In this document: piece after piece, positions 51,909 to 61,306 of the stretch | How positions within the stretch are numbered: position 1 is the stretch's first letter | How the letters are laid out: each line of letters begins with the position of its first letter | DNA from: Candidatus Scatovivens sp. | Lineage (GTDB): Bacteria; Bacillota; Clostridia; TANB77; CAG-508 | Reading direction: 5' to 3' | DNA length: 64,000 bases | Assembly: GCA_045646345.1 (NCBI GenBank) | Contig: JAZRKN010000015.1 | Coordinates: forward strand, 192,001-256,000 | Notes under the pieces: generated by a model | Database searches by the model: none | What the model was told of the DNA's origin: nothing | The model's input: the letters and a program-made list of their open reading frames with translations, nothing else | Translations under genes and position numbers: made by a program

Positions 51909-52343
51909 ATGGAAAATAAGAATATGAACAATAACACACTCAAGACCAAAAAAGACTCCAAGATTAAGCTCGTTTGGAATCGTTTCAAGAACATCGTTTG
52001 CCGCGCCAAGACTGCTATCAGCAAGGTAACTACTCCTGTCGGCAAATTCATCAGAAAGTACCTTTTCCCGATCGCACGAATGATCACCAGTGGCATCATC
52101 ATTGCCATTGCGCTGAACGTCATCACCGCGAATTTCTGGCCTGAGCTGCCTGATACCATCCCTACCATTTATGAATTCTTCAACGGATTCCTGGTATTGG
52201 GAGAATATCTCTTCAAGGTGGCAATTGGCGGTCTCGCCTCCATCTTTAATGGAAGCTTCTTCGAGTTCTCCGCAATGAACTCCGAGGAAATCAGTGCTAT
52301 GTGGAATGCTTTCTGGAACTGGGCTAACGGAATCAAATTCTAA
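51909..52343 (+). CDS. Hypothetical membrane protein (GC-rich cassette)
   Basis: GAGGT RBS, basic N-terminus plus two hydrophobic segments, C-ending codons. Confidence 0.75.
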   Translation: MENKNMNNNTLKTKKDSKIKLVWNRFKNIVCRAKTAISKVTTPVGKFIRKYLFPIARMITSGIIIAIALNVITANFWPELPDTIPTIYEFFNGFLVLGEYLFKVAIGGLASIFNGSFFEFSAMNSEEISAMWNAFWNWANGIKF

Positions 52344-52356
52344 TCAAAATCCATGG

Positions 52357-52390
52357 CACTCGCTGACTCTAAGTCAGCGAGTGTTTTTTC
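52357..52390 (+). terminator. Intrinsic terminator
   Basis: CACTCGCTGACT-CTA-AGTCAGCGAGTG followed by a T-tract. Confidence 0.85.
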
Positions 52391-52524
52391 TATTTTATTC
52401 ACAAACAATTCACTTTACATAATATTTCTTTTGTGTTATAATTAGTTAGATTCACACTTTGAAAAAAAGGTGATATCGCATCAACAAATAGCTGTAGTTT
52501 AACGAACTGAAAGGAGTGTTGTTT

Positions 52525-53559
52525 ATGAAAAAACACACCAAGAAAAACACCAAGACTAAGGCTTCTTCTCAGAAGACAGCCAAGCACCCATCCGTTATAA
52601 CTATTTGTTGCCTGGTGACCCTTGTACTCATCGCCTGCGCAGGTACCTTCTTCGGGTATCAATATTACATTAATTCTGGAAGTACAACAAACATCGATGA
52701 ATCTATCGATTTTGAGCAGAACTTTATCGATCTCTACTCTACTCCGTTTGTTCCGGAAGGAACTTATCGGATTGAGTCTATCGTTCTCAACGGATTTGAT
52801 CCAGTAGAAGGAATGGAAACCTATGACGTTTTCACAAACTTCAGTTCCTCTCCTTTTCCTTTTGGAATCGACCTTTCGTTCCAGGAGGTAATTGAAAACT
52901 GTCCGAGTCCTTCGGAAGAAAATACCAAATTCGTACAGTTTTCTAAAAAAGAGCAGAAAATGATCGAATCTGCAAGAAAGCTTGTGGTTCAGTACGTCAA
53001 AAACTCTGATATTTTTAAAGACAAGGATGAACTGATTGAATCCGTTCAAACCGTTCCTTTTTATCTTTACAAAGAATCAGATCTTGAGAGCCTTAATGTT
53101 GAATGGGTTCCAGCCCAGACTCAGGGAACTGGAATTTACTGCAACAAGCAGTATGATTTCTCTTTCTCTGAAGCAATGTTTGTACATGAACTTATCCATC
53201 ATATTCGATATCAGACTAATCACACTACATCTCCTACATATTCTGGAACGATGTACGATGAAACTCTTGTCGAAATGATTACTGACTCCATCAATCCTAA
53301 GGATCATACTAATACTCAGGTAGAATACGATCTGTTTGCCTACCCGATGACTCAGTATCTTTCTCTGTTTGGAGCAGAAGAAGTTCTTACAGCATTCTTC
53401 TATGGCTATGATGAGTTCTTTGCAAGTCACAGCGAACACCTTTCTAAAGTCGAGCACAATGCCTTCACCGATATTGTTGGTGCATTTGGGTATCACCCTA
53501 ATGGAGCAAATATCCTTCAGGGATTCTGTAATACCTGGCATGATCGGCTTACTGCATAA
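52525..53559 (+). CDS. Membrane-anchored HExxH zinc metallopeptidase-like protein (cassette)
   Basis: TM helix, FVHELIHH and downstream YDETLVE (gluzincin-type third ligand). Confidence 0.65.
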   Translation: MKKHTKKNTKTKASSQKTAKHPSVITICCLVTLVLIACAGTFFGYQYYINSGSTTNIDESIDFEQNFIDLYSTPFVPEGTYRIESIVLNGFDPVEGMETYDVFTNFSSSPFPFGIDLSFQEVIENCPSPSEENTKFVQFSKKEQKMIESARKLVVQYVKNSDIFKDKDELIESVQTVPFYLYKESDLESLNVEWVPAQTQGTGIYCNKQYDFSFSEAMFVHELIHHIRYQTNHTTSPTYSGTMYDETLVEMITDSINPKDHTNTQVEYDLFAYPMTQYLSLFGAEEVLTAFFYGYDEFFASHSEHLSKVEHNAFTDIVGAFGYHPNGANILQGFCNTWHDRLTA

Positions 53560-53604
53560 CTTTAAGTATGCAAAAACAATAGTCGCTTGAAATAGTAGCG
53601 ATAT

Positions 53605-53637
53605 ACCCCGCAAAATTTAATTGCGGGGTGTTTTTTT
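53605..53637 (+). terminator. Intrinsic terminator
   Basis: ACCCCGCAA-AATTTAA-TTGCGGGGT followed by a T-tract. Confidence 0.85.
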
Positions 53638-53711
53638 ATACAAAAAAAGAACTCCTTTTTTAGGAGCTCTTTTCCTTGCTACGAACATCATCTATTTATA
53701 TTAAGCTATTT

Positions 53712-53831
53712 TTAGTTATCGAAATATGAATCACTGTGATAAATTGCATTAGCATTATTTATATAATTTGCTTCTGCTGTTTGATAAATATTATTCATTA
53801 TATTTTCATTAATTTTATTATTTTCTTCCAT
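53712..53831 (-). CDS. Possible 39-aa Asn-rich peptide
   Basis: GTGGTGGCGGGT upstream; MEENNKINENIMNNIYQTAEANYINNANAIYHSDSYFDN; hairpin terminator at about 53647..53672. Confidence 0.35.
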   Translation of the reverse strand: MEENNKINENIMNNIYQTAEANYINNANAIYHSDSYFDN

Positions 53832-54228
53832 ACCCGCCACCACTTGTTAAACCTTTCTTCAATTAATTTAATTTTAACTTGAATGAATTATATCACTATG
53901 AAAAAAAGTTTTGGTGTTTTCTTTGTGAACATTATCTCAACTTTTTGTGCTCATATTGAACACATTTATGACTAAAAAGTGAACTAAACATAAAATTTTA
54001 ATCTTTAGACAACAAATTAGACCCGTGCATCGCCCCCGGGTCTATATTTGTCTTATATAATATGCGCTCTTATATATTTTCAAAATACAATCCAAAAATC
54101 AAACTTGTATTTTGAACTTGAATAAATTATAACATTAAGAACCTTTTTTTGAGTGTTTTTTATATGAAATCTTCTTTAATTTCTTGTAACTAACAAATGT
54201 ATATTTTGTGAAAATTGTGCCTATCTTG

Positions 54229-54591
54229 TTAATTTCGAAGCAATTCCAAAAGCTCTGGATAGCTTCTAGTTACAAAGTCTTGAGGTATTTCTTTCCCCTC
54301 TTCTTTTAAAGCTTTATATACTGCAATCAAATATAATCTATCTCTTAAGTTAATTAAAACTTGAAGTGCTGGATCATCATAATTATTATCAAAACCAAAT
54401 TTAAGAGAATTTTCAAACTTAAGTAAGAAATTAGTTTCCACTGAATATTTATCTTCTATTCTTATAACTTCATCTTTGTCATATATATTCCTAACTATCA
54501 TTTCTCTAACACAATCTATATCTTTTAAAATTCTAATATCTACTTTATGATTTTCAAGCTCATCATGTAATTCTTCTATTCTATTTTGCAT
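54229..54591 (-). CDS. Hypothetical protein
   Basis: GGAGG RBS, 120 aa. Confidence 0.65.
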   Translation of the reverse strand: MQNRIEELHDELENHKVDIRILKDIDCVREMIVRNIYDKDEVIRIEDKYSVETNFLLKFENSLKFGFDNNYDDPALQVLINLRDRLYLIAVYKALKEEGKEIPQDFVTRSYPELLELLRN

Positions 54592-54688
54592 AACGCCTCC
54601 AAAAAAACTCTTTTTGTTAGTTTGCGCATATTAATATATTTTATGCAAAAAAAGAAGGCAGATGCCTTCTTTTTTTATAAATTTTATA

Positions 54689-55153
54689 TTACAATATATA
54701 AGTATTATGGAAATAATTAAATATCGATTCATCTGTTATTTGTGACGTACATCTTTTAGAGTCACAACTAATTGGATTGTATGCATTTTTCCAAGGATCT
54801 TCTGAATGTGTCATTTCTTCTAATTCTGAACCTGAATATCTTCCAAAAACAGCAACAACTTTATCTACAAAATTTTCATTTTCTTTTTGCTCTAATTTAA
54901 TATTTTTTGAATGAGTCATTAGACTATTACTTTTTCCATACTGTTTCATATAAAAATATACCTTTCTTATTACTGGTCCATGCTCCCAAGCTTCAAACTT
55001 TTCATCAAATAGCTTATTCATATTTTCTGAATATTTCTCATTATATTTTATTAGATATATTGAATAAGCATAGTATAGTATTTTTTGTACTTGCTTAGGA
55101 GTATAAGCGCCTTTTGATAATATGAATTTTGCTACATTTATAACATTTTCCAT
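54689..55153 (-). CDS. Panacea (DUF4065 / SocA-GepA) antitoxin-domain protein
   Basis: VAKFIL, QKILYYA, FEAWEHGPV, LEEMTHSEDPW. Confidence 0.9.
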   Translation of the reverse strand: MENVINVAKFILSKGAYTPKQVQKILYYAYSIYLIKYNEKYSENMNKLFDEKFEAWEHGPVIRKVYFYMKQYGKSNSLMTHSKNIKLEQKENENFVDKVVAVFGRYSGSELEEMTHSEDPWKNAYNPISCDSKRCTSQITDESIFNYFHNTYIL

Positions 55154-55168
55154 TTTTTATTCCTCCTT

Positions 55169-56014
55169 TTACATTATACCTAAATTTTTTATTACCACTT
55201 CTCCAAACGGAGTTATAATATACATTTCTTCACCTTCATCTGATTCAATTATATCATTGTTTTCCAAAAAAACAATAATATTTTTTGCTTTTCTCGTTTT
55301 GCTTATGTCAGACATATTTCTATATCCCTTCATTTCCGAAATAATTTTTTTTACTTGTTCTTGGCTTATTTCCAGCTTTTCATAATATAACTTTCTAAGA
55401 ATATATTTCGTTAAATTTTTCATATATACTATCACTTCTATACTTTTTAATTCATATCTATTCAATAAATCTTTTTCCGAATAATCTTTTAACAATTCAA
55501 TTTCATTTCTTTCATCATTATTGTTCTCATCATCAGAACCAATAATAGTTCCTATTGAAGGCTTTAAATCTTTTTTATCTGATTGAACTATTTTTTCATT
55601 GGTCTGGTCATCTTCATCAAAAGTTTCTATACCATCTTTCCCAAATTTTTTTATTCTCCCTAACATTCTTATAATTGGAACGAGAAATATCCCTACTACT
55701 ATTATTATTCCAATTGTAAAGTTATAGTTACTAAACACCTTTTCTGCAATAACATTATTATTTAAATTATATTTTTGGCTTAATACAAATGGATATTCTA
55801 ACATATCTTTTCCCAATTCAATTACTTGAAAAGTTGAATATATTACTAATATACAATTTATAATGATATTCCAAACTTTCTTGTCTTCTCTACTTATATA
55901 AATTTCTATTTTAGCAATTTCACAAAGTTTTTTCCAAAATTCTTTTACATTTTGCTTCATATTTATTGTTGCCTCTTTCTTATATTTATTATCTGTTACT
56001 CTGTTTATCACCAT
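55169..56014 (-). CDS. Hypothetical protein: two TM helices plus C-terminal winged-helix-like region
   Basis: Hydrophobic segments; FLENNDIIE...YIITPFG wHTH wing. Confidence 0.6.
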   Translation of the reverse strand: MVINRVTDNKYKKEATINMKQNVKEFWKKLCEIAKIEIYISREDKKVWNIIINCILVIYSTFQVIELGKDMLEYPFVLSQKYNLNNNVIAEKVFSNYNFTIGIIIVVGIFLVPIIRMLGRIKKFGKDGIETFDEDDQTNEKIVQSDKKDLKPSIGTIIGSDDENNNDERNEIELLKDYSEKDLLNRYELKSIEVIVYMKNLTKYILRKLYYEKLEISQEQVKKIISEMKGYRNMSDISKTRKAKNIIVFLENNDIIESDEGEEMYIITPFGEVVIKNLGIM

Positions 56015-56951
56015 ATTGACTCATTATCTCGTCATATATAACTTGAACACTATTCACATAATCATATGAACAATTATAATCAAAAATAGTTTGACTTATA
56101 GCACTTTCATATAAGCAGTTGCCCTCTTGCTTTTTATTTTTTTTATAGTATTTTTTTATTAATTTATATCCATTTTTTACACTTGTTTTATTGTTGATAA
56201 TTACTTTTGATTTTACTTGCATTATTCCTAATGTTGCTTCTTTACCCAACAAAACTTTAATGTTTTCTAACATTCTAATAATTGAAGGTCTATTAAAATC
56301 TTCATTTATCATTATTGCATAAACTAAATTGGATATTTCTTCATCTTTTTCATTTATTATCTCTCCATATTTATTTCTGAATTTTTCATATTTTTTAGCA
56401 ATATATTTTTCTTTTATTATTTTTTCTTTTTCCATATCTATATAAGTATAATTATAAATATATTCTCTTATTACAACAAATATGAATATTATAAATGCAG
56501 TCCAAATCCCATCTCTTAAAGATTCCATTGAAATAAATATATCTTCTGTTTTAGTTAAAAACACCTCGTATAAACTCCAAGTCAGTAATATTCCAATTCC
56601 TGCTACAATAATTTCTGCTCTCCAATCTTGTAATTCACCTCTTCCCAATATTATAGTTAAATATACAATTCTTACAATATAATAAAACACACTGATTAAA
56701 TATACGTCTTCTACAAATTGATTTAGATTACATTCATAAAATATTCCAGATAATATTGTTACATATATCACAGGAAACAATACTCTTATTAATATATTTA
56801 ATCCTAAAGGTCTTTTCTCCATATCAGAAAATTCCATCGAAGAATATTTTATTTCAACACAATCTCTTCTCAATGTTGCTATTTTACTGCACATCAAAAT
56901 TGTTACTACATATCCCAAAACAGATAAAACAAAAAATATTAAATATTTCAT
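55989..56951 (-). CDS. Polytopic membrane protein with C-terminal lysozyme/SLT-like domain
   Basis: About 5 TM helices; AIMINE...ATLGIMQV...DYN...YVNSV. Confidence 0.55.
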   Translation of the reverse strand: MKYLIFFVLSVLGYVVTILMCSKIATLRRDCVEIKYSSMEFSDMEKRPLGLNILIRVLFPVIYVTILSGIFYECNLNQFVEDVYLISVFYYIVRIVYLTIILGRGELQDWRAEIIVAGIGILLTWSLYEVFLTKTEDIFISMESLRDGIWTAFIIFIFVVIREYIYNYTYIDMEKEKIIKEKYIAKKYEKFRNKYGEIINEKDEEISNLVYAIMINEDFNRPSIIRMLENIKVLLGKEATLGIMQVKSKVIINNKTSVKNGYKLIKKYYKKNKKQEGNCLYESAISQTIFDYNCSYDYVNSVQVIYDEIMSQYGDKQSNR

Positions 56952-56992
56952 TTTTTTAACCCCTTTACTTTAAATTTTCAAAACAATCTTAC

Positions 56993-58228
56993 TTATAAAA
57001 TTCCAACTTCTTCTGTAAATAATCTTTTGCATTCTTCTTTTGTAATTTCTTGTTTCTTAAATTTATCATATAAATCTAGTAATGTTTGAGTTTCTATTAT
57101 TAAAGCACCATTCCTTGTCGCTATTCTTAATTGATTTTCATGAATTTTTTGTCTTTTGTCTAATGGAATTTTTCTTTGATGATTTATTATCAATACCCCT
57201 TTTACATTTTCTTCTTTTTTCTCAAGTTCTAATTTGTCCATATATTCTTGAACATGATTATCTAATTGTGCTACATTCTTATTAGCTACTGATTGTGATA
57301 TTCCTTTTATCTCTCCTATAAATGTTATATCATCTTTTTTTATTAAAAAGTCTTCTCTTCTTTCATCTATAAAAGTGCTAGAATCGTTATCTAGAAGTTC
57401 ATCTAATATTTCTAATACAATTTTAACCAATTTATCTCCAGTAGAATATAAAATACTTTTATATTCTAAATTTTTTCTCAATTTCTTTTCTAATACTTCA
57501 TTTTCATTTTTTAAATCCTCTATTTTTTCTATATTTTTCTCTTTAGCAGCAATTAAAACCTCATCGTCAAAAAAATTAATATCTTCAATCCATTCTGGAA
57601 TCTCTTCTTGTTCATTGGAATCAATACAAAATTCATTTATAAAAGCATTTAATTCTTCTATATTATTATTTATACCCAAAAAATCTAATGTCGTTAGAAT
57701 TATAGTTTCTTTTTTTATTGTTGTTGGTTTTCCACTATTATTAGATTGAGATAATATCTCATAATGGGCTAATGCAAAATCAGAAAAATAAAAATCAGCA
57801 TTTATATTACAATCTTCAACTTTAGTAATAGTTTTTTCTGAACATATTCTAAAATACGATATATCTATAACATTTTCTGTAATAATTGAAAATAATGCAT
57901 CTCTCATATTTTTAAGACTTTCTTTTCTCATAAATGTTACCCCATCATTAGCAGAATAATAATTGTATGTTAAATTTTGAGGTAAAACAATTAATATTTT
58001 ACATTTTTCACTCCTACTAATTGCTTCTTTGAGATTTCCTAAATCTTTCGCACAATTAAGACCCGTTTTAGTTGCTGCATTATATTTCCAAATATCTGAT
58101 TTATTCAAATCAATTATGCATAATTCAAAATCATCTAAAGCTTGAAAATTATCAAAAGTAGAAATAACATATTTTCCTTTAGTTTCTTCTTCATATAATT
58201 TTTTATTAATTCCTATTATTTGTATCAT
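56993..58228 (-). CDS. Protein with coiled coil and C-terminal PD-(D/E)xK nuclease-like domain
   Basis: REDFLIK...FIGEIKG...VAQL...KGVLIINH. Confidence 0.65.
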   Translation of the reverse strand: MIQIIGINKKLYEEETKGKYVISTFDNFQALDDFELCIIDLNKSDIWKYNAATKTGLNCAKDLGNLKEAISRSEKCKILIVLPQNLTYNYYSANDGVTFMRKESLKNMRDALFSIITENVIDISYFRICSEKTITKVEDCNINADFYFSDFALAHYEILSQSNNSGKPTTIKKETIILTTLDFLGINNNIEELNAFINEFCIDSNEQEEIPEWIEDINFFDDEVLIAAKEKNIEKIEDLKNENEVLEKKLRKNLEYKSILYSTGDKLVKIVLEILDELLDNDSSTFIDERREDFLIKKDDITFIGEIKGISQSVANKNVAQLDNHVQEYMDKLELEKKEENVKGVLIINHQRKIPLDKRQKIHENQLRIATRNGALIIETQTLLDLYDKFKKQEITKEECKRLFTEEVGIL

Positions 58229-58942
58229 AAAACCTCCATTTATTCATTTGAATACAAGCCAATTATATTACGCTTTCCAAATTAATCAATACCAGTAAAT
58301 CGTAAAAAACACAAAACGAGAAAACGTCTAATGACGTTTCCTCGTTTCTCTGCAGTTAGTATATCATATTTAAAGCTTTAAAACAAGCTATTTACATATA
58401 TTTCTTCTTTTTTCGACAGAATTTAAATTTATCTTTTTGCCGAAACTATATCACCGCTTTTCACCACTTTTTATTGTATTTTTATATTTGTATGTATTAT
58501 ATTATCGATGTACGAGCATTGTGCTTTATCATGATGACTCGTTTCTCTAGATGCCAGAAACTATATCAAATTATTACATATAGTTTCTGGCTTCTTTTAT
58601 TTTAATTTGTAACTTTATTGACATTTATTCATATACTATATCTAATTATTCTAATAAAAAAGAAAAGAGCTTTTGCTCTTTGCCATTAAGTTAGTTTTGG
58701 TTGAAGTTAGATGCGGTGCCGACTTCAATCTTTTCTTTTTCCATAGAAATTCTTGAATTCATATGTATTTACATCTATTGTCACCAAGATAGCAGATGCA
58801 TCAATTAACAAATAACATTAATTCGCTATCTGCTAACTAATACATCTGCCAAAAAGAAGATTACTACTTCAACAAAAATAACTTGCAGTGGATTATAATA
58901 CTGCAAATTACATTTGTCAATATAATTTTTAATTTCAATAAA

Positions 58943-61066
58943 TTATGATTTCATTGTATCAAAATGAATTTTGTCTCTCTGTTCAATTTTTTTCATAAGA
59001 AATTTTGCAGATTTCAAAATTTCATCTGGATTTCTTGAAGATGTATGTGATAGTATATTACATACATTTAACAATGTTCCTAACCTCATCAAATCATTAT
59101 TAGAAGGATTTTCACCACATAATCCCAATTTTACATTAGTTATATTTCCATTTGTTGGTAAAGAGTTCTTCACTTTAAACTGTAAAAATTCCTCTAAAAT
59201 TTTTCTCATAATATTAGGATAATGATATATCTCACAATCTGTCAAATCACTCGCATCACTTTTCCTTGAAAATTCATAAATTTCTTTAAAATTATGTTTA
59301 TATGGTGATTCATTTTTTGGAGCAGAAACTATTTTACTTCCATTAGAATCTTTTTTTATTTCTAATAATCTATATGGTGTATTATCTTTATCTTCTTTAT
59401 TATAACAGATATCACAAAAATCTCCCCAAACATGTGTAAAAATAAATATTTGAGCATTATTTATATCACACATTTTCTTAACTAATTCTAAAACATACAT
59501 TCTATTTATATCATCCATACTAGCAATAGGATCATCAACTACAAGTAATTTAATAGAATTTTTAAATTTTTTTTGATCTTTATCTTCATATAATTCATAA
59601 TAAAAATACAACAACGATAATAAGTTTTGTTCTCCTTCACTTATATCTTCTAATTTTAAAATTTGATTTGTAGTTGCATGTTTAATAATATAATTGTCAC
59701 CAGATAAATCTATTTTTAAATTAATTTCTAAATCTTTTAATACATTTGTAATATGAACAGCAAAATCTTTTGTATTAGATTTGCTTTTTTTTAGTTCCTC
59801 TATTTGTAATTGATTTTCTTGATTTTTCTTTAAGATTTTTTCCATTTCTTTAGTTTTTTCACCAACTATTTTCATATTTTCATTTATAAATGTATTATTT
59901 ATTATCTCTAGGCCTATTGAACCTTTTATTAATTGGCTTAAATTAGAAATCATCAAATCTATTTGCAAAATTTTTCCAGCTTTAACAGATTGAATTTCCA
60001 TAAATGAATCAAAAATAATATTAAATGCATTTTTCAAAAATTCAAAATCATATTTTATTTTATTTTCCATATGACTTAATTTATTTTCAACAAAATTTTC
60101 AAATTCAATTATAGCATCTTTAGATTCTTCTATTCTATTAACAGCATTCTCACATTCAAAATTTTCAGTAATGTTATCTTTATTTTTTAATAATTCCATT
60201 ATTTGATAATTAAATAGCTTAATTTTTATATATATTTCATTTAATAATTTCGACTTTTTTTGTTTTTCATTTCTATTATATTGTTCTAAATCAAATTTTA
60301 TTTTATCTAAATTTATTTCATTTCCGCAAAACCAGCATTTTGAGCCTTTTTCATGTATATTGATGCCTTGTTCTATCCATTGAACAACAAGTGAACTTGG
60401 TACTTTTACATCTTCAAATATTTCATTAAAAATATTTTCAACTACCTTTAGTTCCTCTTCTTCAAAAAATGTTAATTCTGGTATACTTGTTCTTTCCATT
60501 TTGAGTTTTTTTCTTTGTAAAGAAAAATCTCCTTTTATGTTTCTTAGTATATCTTCCTTATCTTCAATTTTCTTTGCATTATCTAAATCTTCTAAATATA
60601 ATCTTATAACCTCTCCAACTGATTTAGTTGATGATTTTTTCTGGATATTAATACCACCCTTCTTTAAATCATGAATACGGTCAATTTCAGTTCTTATACT
60701 TTTATTTAAAGATTTAATTTCGTTTTTCAAACTTGTTGTATCTACTATCTGTGAACTTAATTCAACGATCCTTTTTTCTATATCAACATCTTTTTCTCCA
60801 AAATTAGCTATAACACCTTTTATTTTCGGACTAGAACTTTCTTTTAAATCTAAATTTCTATTTATAAAACTACGATTAAAAAATCTAAAGTTGTCATTAG
60901 TATTTGATGACTCTTTTAAAAATTCTTGTATAATTCCACTTGCTAACGAAGATTTTCCTCTGCCATTGTATCCAAAAATTATATTTTTTTGTTTAAATTG
61001 TGGATTTGGCCCAGTATAATTTTTAAAAGACTTTTCTGTTAAATTATTTACTTTTTCTATTATCAT
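58943..61066 (-). CDS. RloC-like AAA_13 ABC-ATPase with zinc hook and C-terminal HEPN (anticodon nuclease-type)
   Basis: GYNGRGKSS, CWFC hook, ISEGE signature, VVDDPIASMD, FTH, PNIMRKILEEF, NILSH. Confidence 0.8.
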   Translation of the reverse strand: MIIEKVNNLTEKSFKNYTGPNPQFKQKNIIFGYNGRGKSSLASGIIQEFLKESSNTNDNFRFFNRSFINRNLDLKESSSPKIKGVIANFGEKDVDIEKRIVELSSQIVDTTSLKNEIKSLNKSIRTEIDRIHDLKKGGINIQKKSSTKSVGEVIRLYLEDLDNAKKIEDKEDILRNIKGDFSLQRKKLKMERTSIPELTFFEEEELKVVENIFNEIFEDVKVPSSLVVQWIEQGINIHEKGSKCWFCGNEINLDKIKFDLEQYNRNEKQKKSKLLNEIYIKIKLFNYQIMELLKNKDNITENFECENAVNRIEESKDAIIEFENFVENKLSHMENKIKYDFEFLKNAFNIIFDSFMEIQSVKAGKILQIDLMISNLSQLIKGSIGLEIINNTFINENMKIVGEKTKEMEKILKKNQENQLQIEELKKSKSNTKDFAVHITNVLKDLEINLKIDLSGDNYIIKHATTNQILKLEDISEGEQNLLSLLYFYYELYEDKDQKKFKNSIKLLVVDDPIASMDDINRMYVLELVKKMCDINNAQIFIFTHVWGDFCDICYNKEDKDNTPYRLLEIKKDSNGSKIVSAPKNESPYKHNFKEIYEFSRKSDASDLTDCEIYHYPNIMRKILEEFLQFKVKNSLPTNGNITNVKLGLCGENPSNNDLMRLGTLLNVCNILSHTSSRNPDEILKSAKFLMKKIEQRDKIHFDTMKS

Positions 61067-61306
61067 ATTATCACTCCATTTCCAATAATATAAAATTATT
61101 TAGTTTTCCCATTAAACATTTCAAAAATATTATACTATCCTATTTTTTAAATTTCTAGTTTTCTTATAAAACATTCATTTATTCAATTTTTATATTCCTT
61201 GTATTCATTGCTATGACTGTTTTTTGCCACTTTTCCATATCTTCAAAATTTCTAGATAAAAAACAAAACCTAGCACAATCTTTTGACTATGCTAAGTTTT
61301 TCTTTC

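Noticed and set aside
52399-53613. Long antisense ORFs (also 16254..16778, 44327..44749, 7280..7603)
   Set aside because: Shadows of real genes on the opposite strand; no RBS or recognisable motifs.
58700-58735. AAGTCGGCACCG resembling a tracrRNA tail
   Set aside because: Only a short partial match; no cas9 or anti-repeat nearby.
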